From sequence record SRR31156797_482: DNA of 64,000 nt. One strand, given 5' to 3'. Below the pieces are notes generated by a model that did not search any database, had not been told where the DNA came from, and saw only the letters and a program-made list of their open reading frames with translations. Every line of letters starts with the position of its first letter. The first letter of the stretch is position 1. Both the position numbers and the translations under genes were made by a program. Of the stretch, positions 63,704 to 64,000 are shown piece by piece.

Positions 63704-64000
63704 ATGCCACGATTATATCTCGATGAATACCACCAGGCCTTAACAGGCAAACATATCTGTATTGCCTGTCGGGAAGGTATCTTGCGAGATAATTTTTCTC
63801 ACATTGTGGCAGATATTAAGTTTCTTGTTCGGCACGGTATGCAAACAACGCTTTATCACAACATGGCCAATCGTTTTGCCAATCAAAAACACTTCCGTTT
63901 ACTTGCCGATCGTCTCCCCGAAACAACGATTAATCGCGTTACGCCGGAGGTTGATTTTTACGCCCATGTGCTTGATAGGGAGCAGTCTATTTACAAGCTT
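63704..64000 (+). CDS. Partial ORF running off the window; resembles the N-terminus of ArgA-like amino-acid N-acetyltransferases
   Basis: 99 open codons MPRLYLDEYHQALTGKHICIACREGILRDNFSHIVADIKFLVRHG..., not in the ORF track. Confidence 0.55.
   Translation, partial: MPRLYLDEYHQALTGKHICIACREGILRDNFSHIVADIKFLVRHGMQTTLYHNMANRFANQKHFRLLADRLPETTINRVTPEVDFYAHVLDREQSIYKL

Noticed and set aside
1-64000. CRISPR array, rRNA, intact IS transposase
   Set aside because: No regularly spaced short direct repeats, rRNA-like sequence or transposase ORF found by reading

Overview
Bacterial chromosomal window, most consistent with a sulfate-reducing Desulfobacterota (Desulfobulbales-like); this is inferred from gene content and not proven. 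About 0.5-19.9 kb is core housekeeping: serS, ddl, rpsU, xerD, a metallo-beta-lactamase-fold hydrolase, dut, the rimP-nusA-ylxR-infB-rbfA-DHH-truB-rpsO-pnp operon behind tRNA-Gly(CCC), a DHH-CBS tRNA nucleotidyltransferase and a site-2 protease. About 20-64 kb is accessory. It starts with a CoA-transferase, ABC-F, SDR and EamA genes. A cell-surface cluster follows: STN/HEAT protein, acyltransferase-3, a Sel1 gene split at an A11 tract, a signal-peptide-bearing phage tail-collar protein, a PEP-CTERM protein, a decayed WD40 gene and an FG-GAP/ASPIC protein with a duplicated unknown domain. Next come a MarR-RND efflux operon and a divergent sigma54 signalling locus (USPs-HK-NtrC // small membrane protein-TauE-Lon protease-NhaD), then a hybrid kinase, a tandem GTPase pair and a ferric-reductase-like/YceI pair. 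The most striking feature is a Lon protease that lacks its N-terminal substrate domain and carries an intact receiver domain inserted just before Walker A. That receiver closely resembles the neighbouring NtrC regulator's receiver, suggesting a kinase-gated protease. Several palindromic/MITE-like intergenic repeats are present. No CRISPR array, rRNA or intact transposase was seen.
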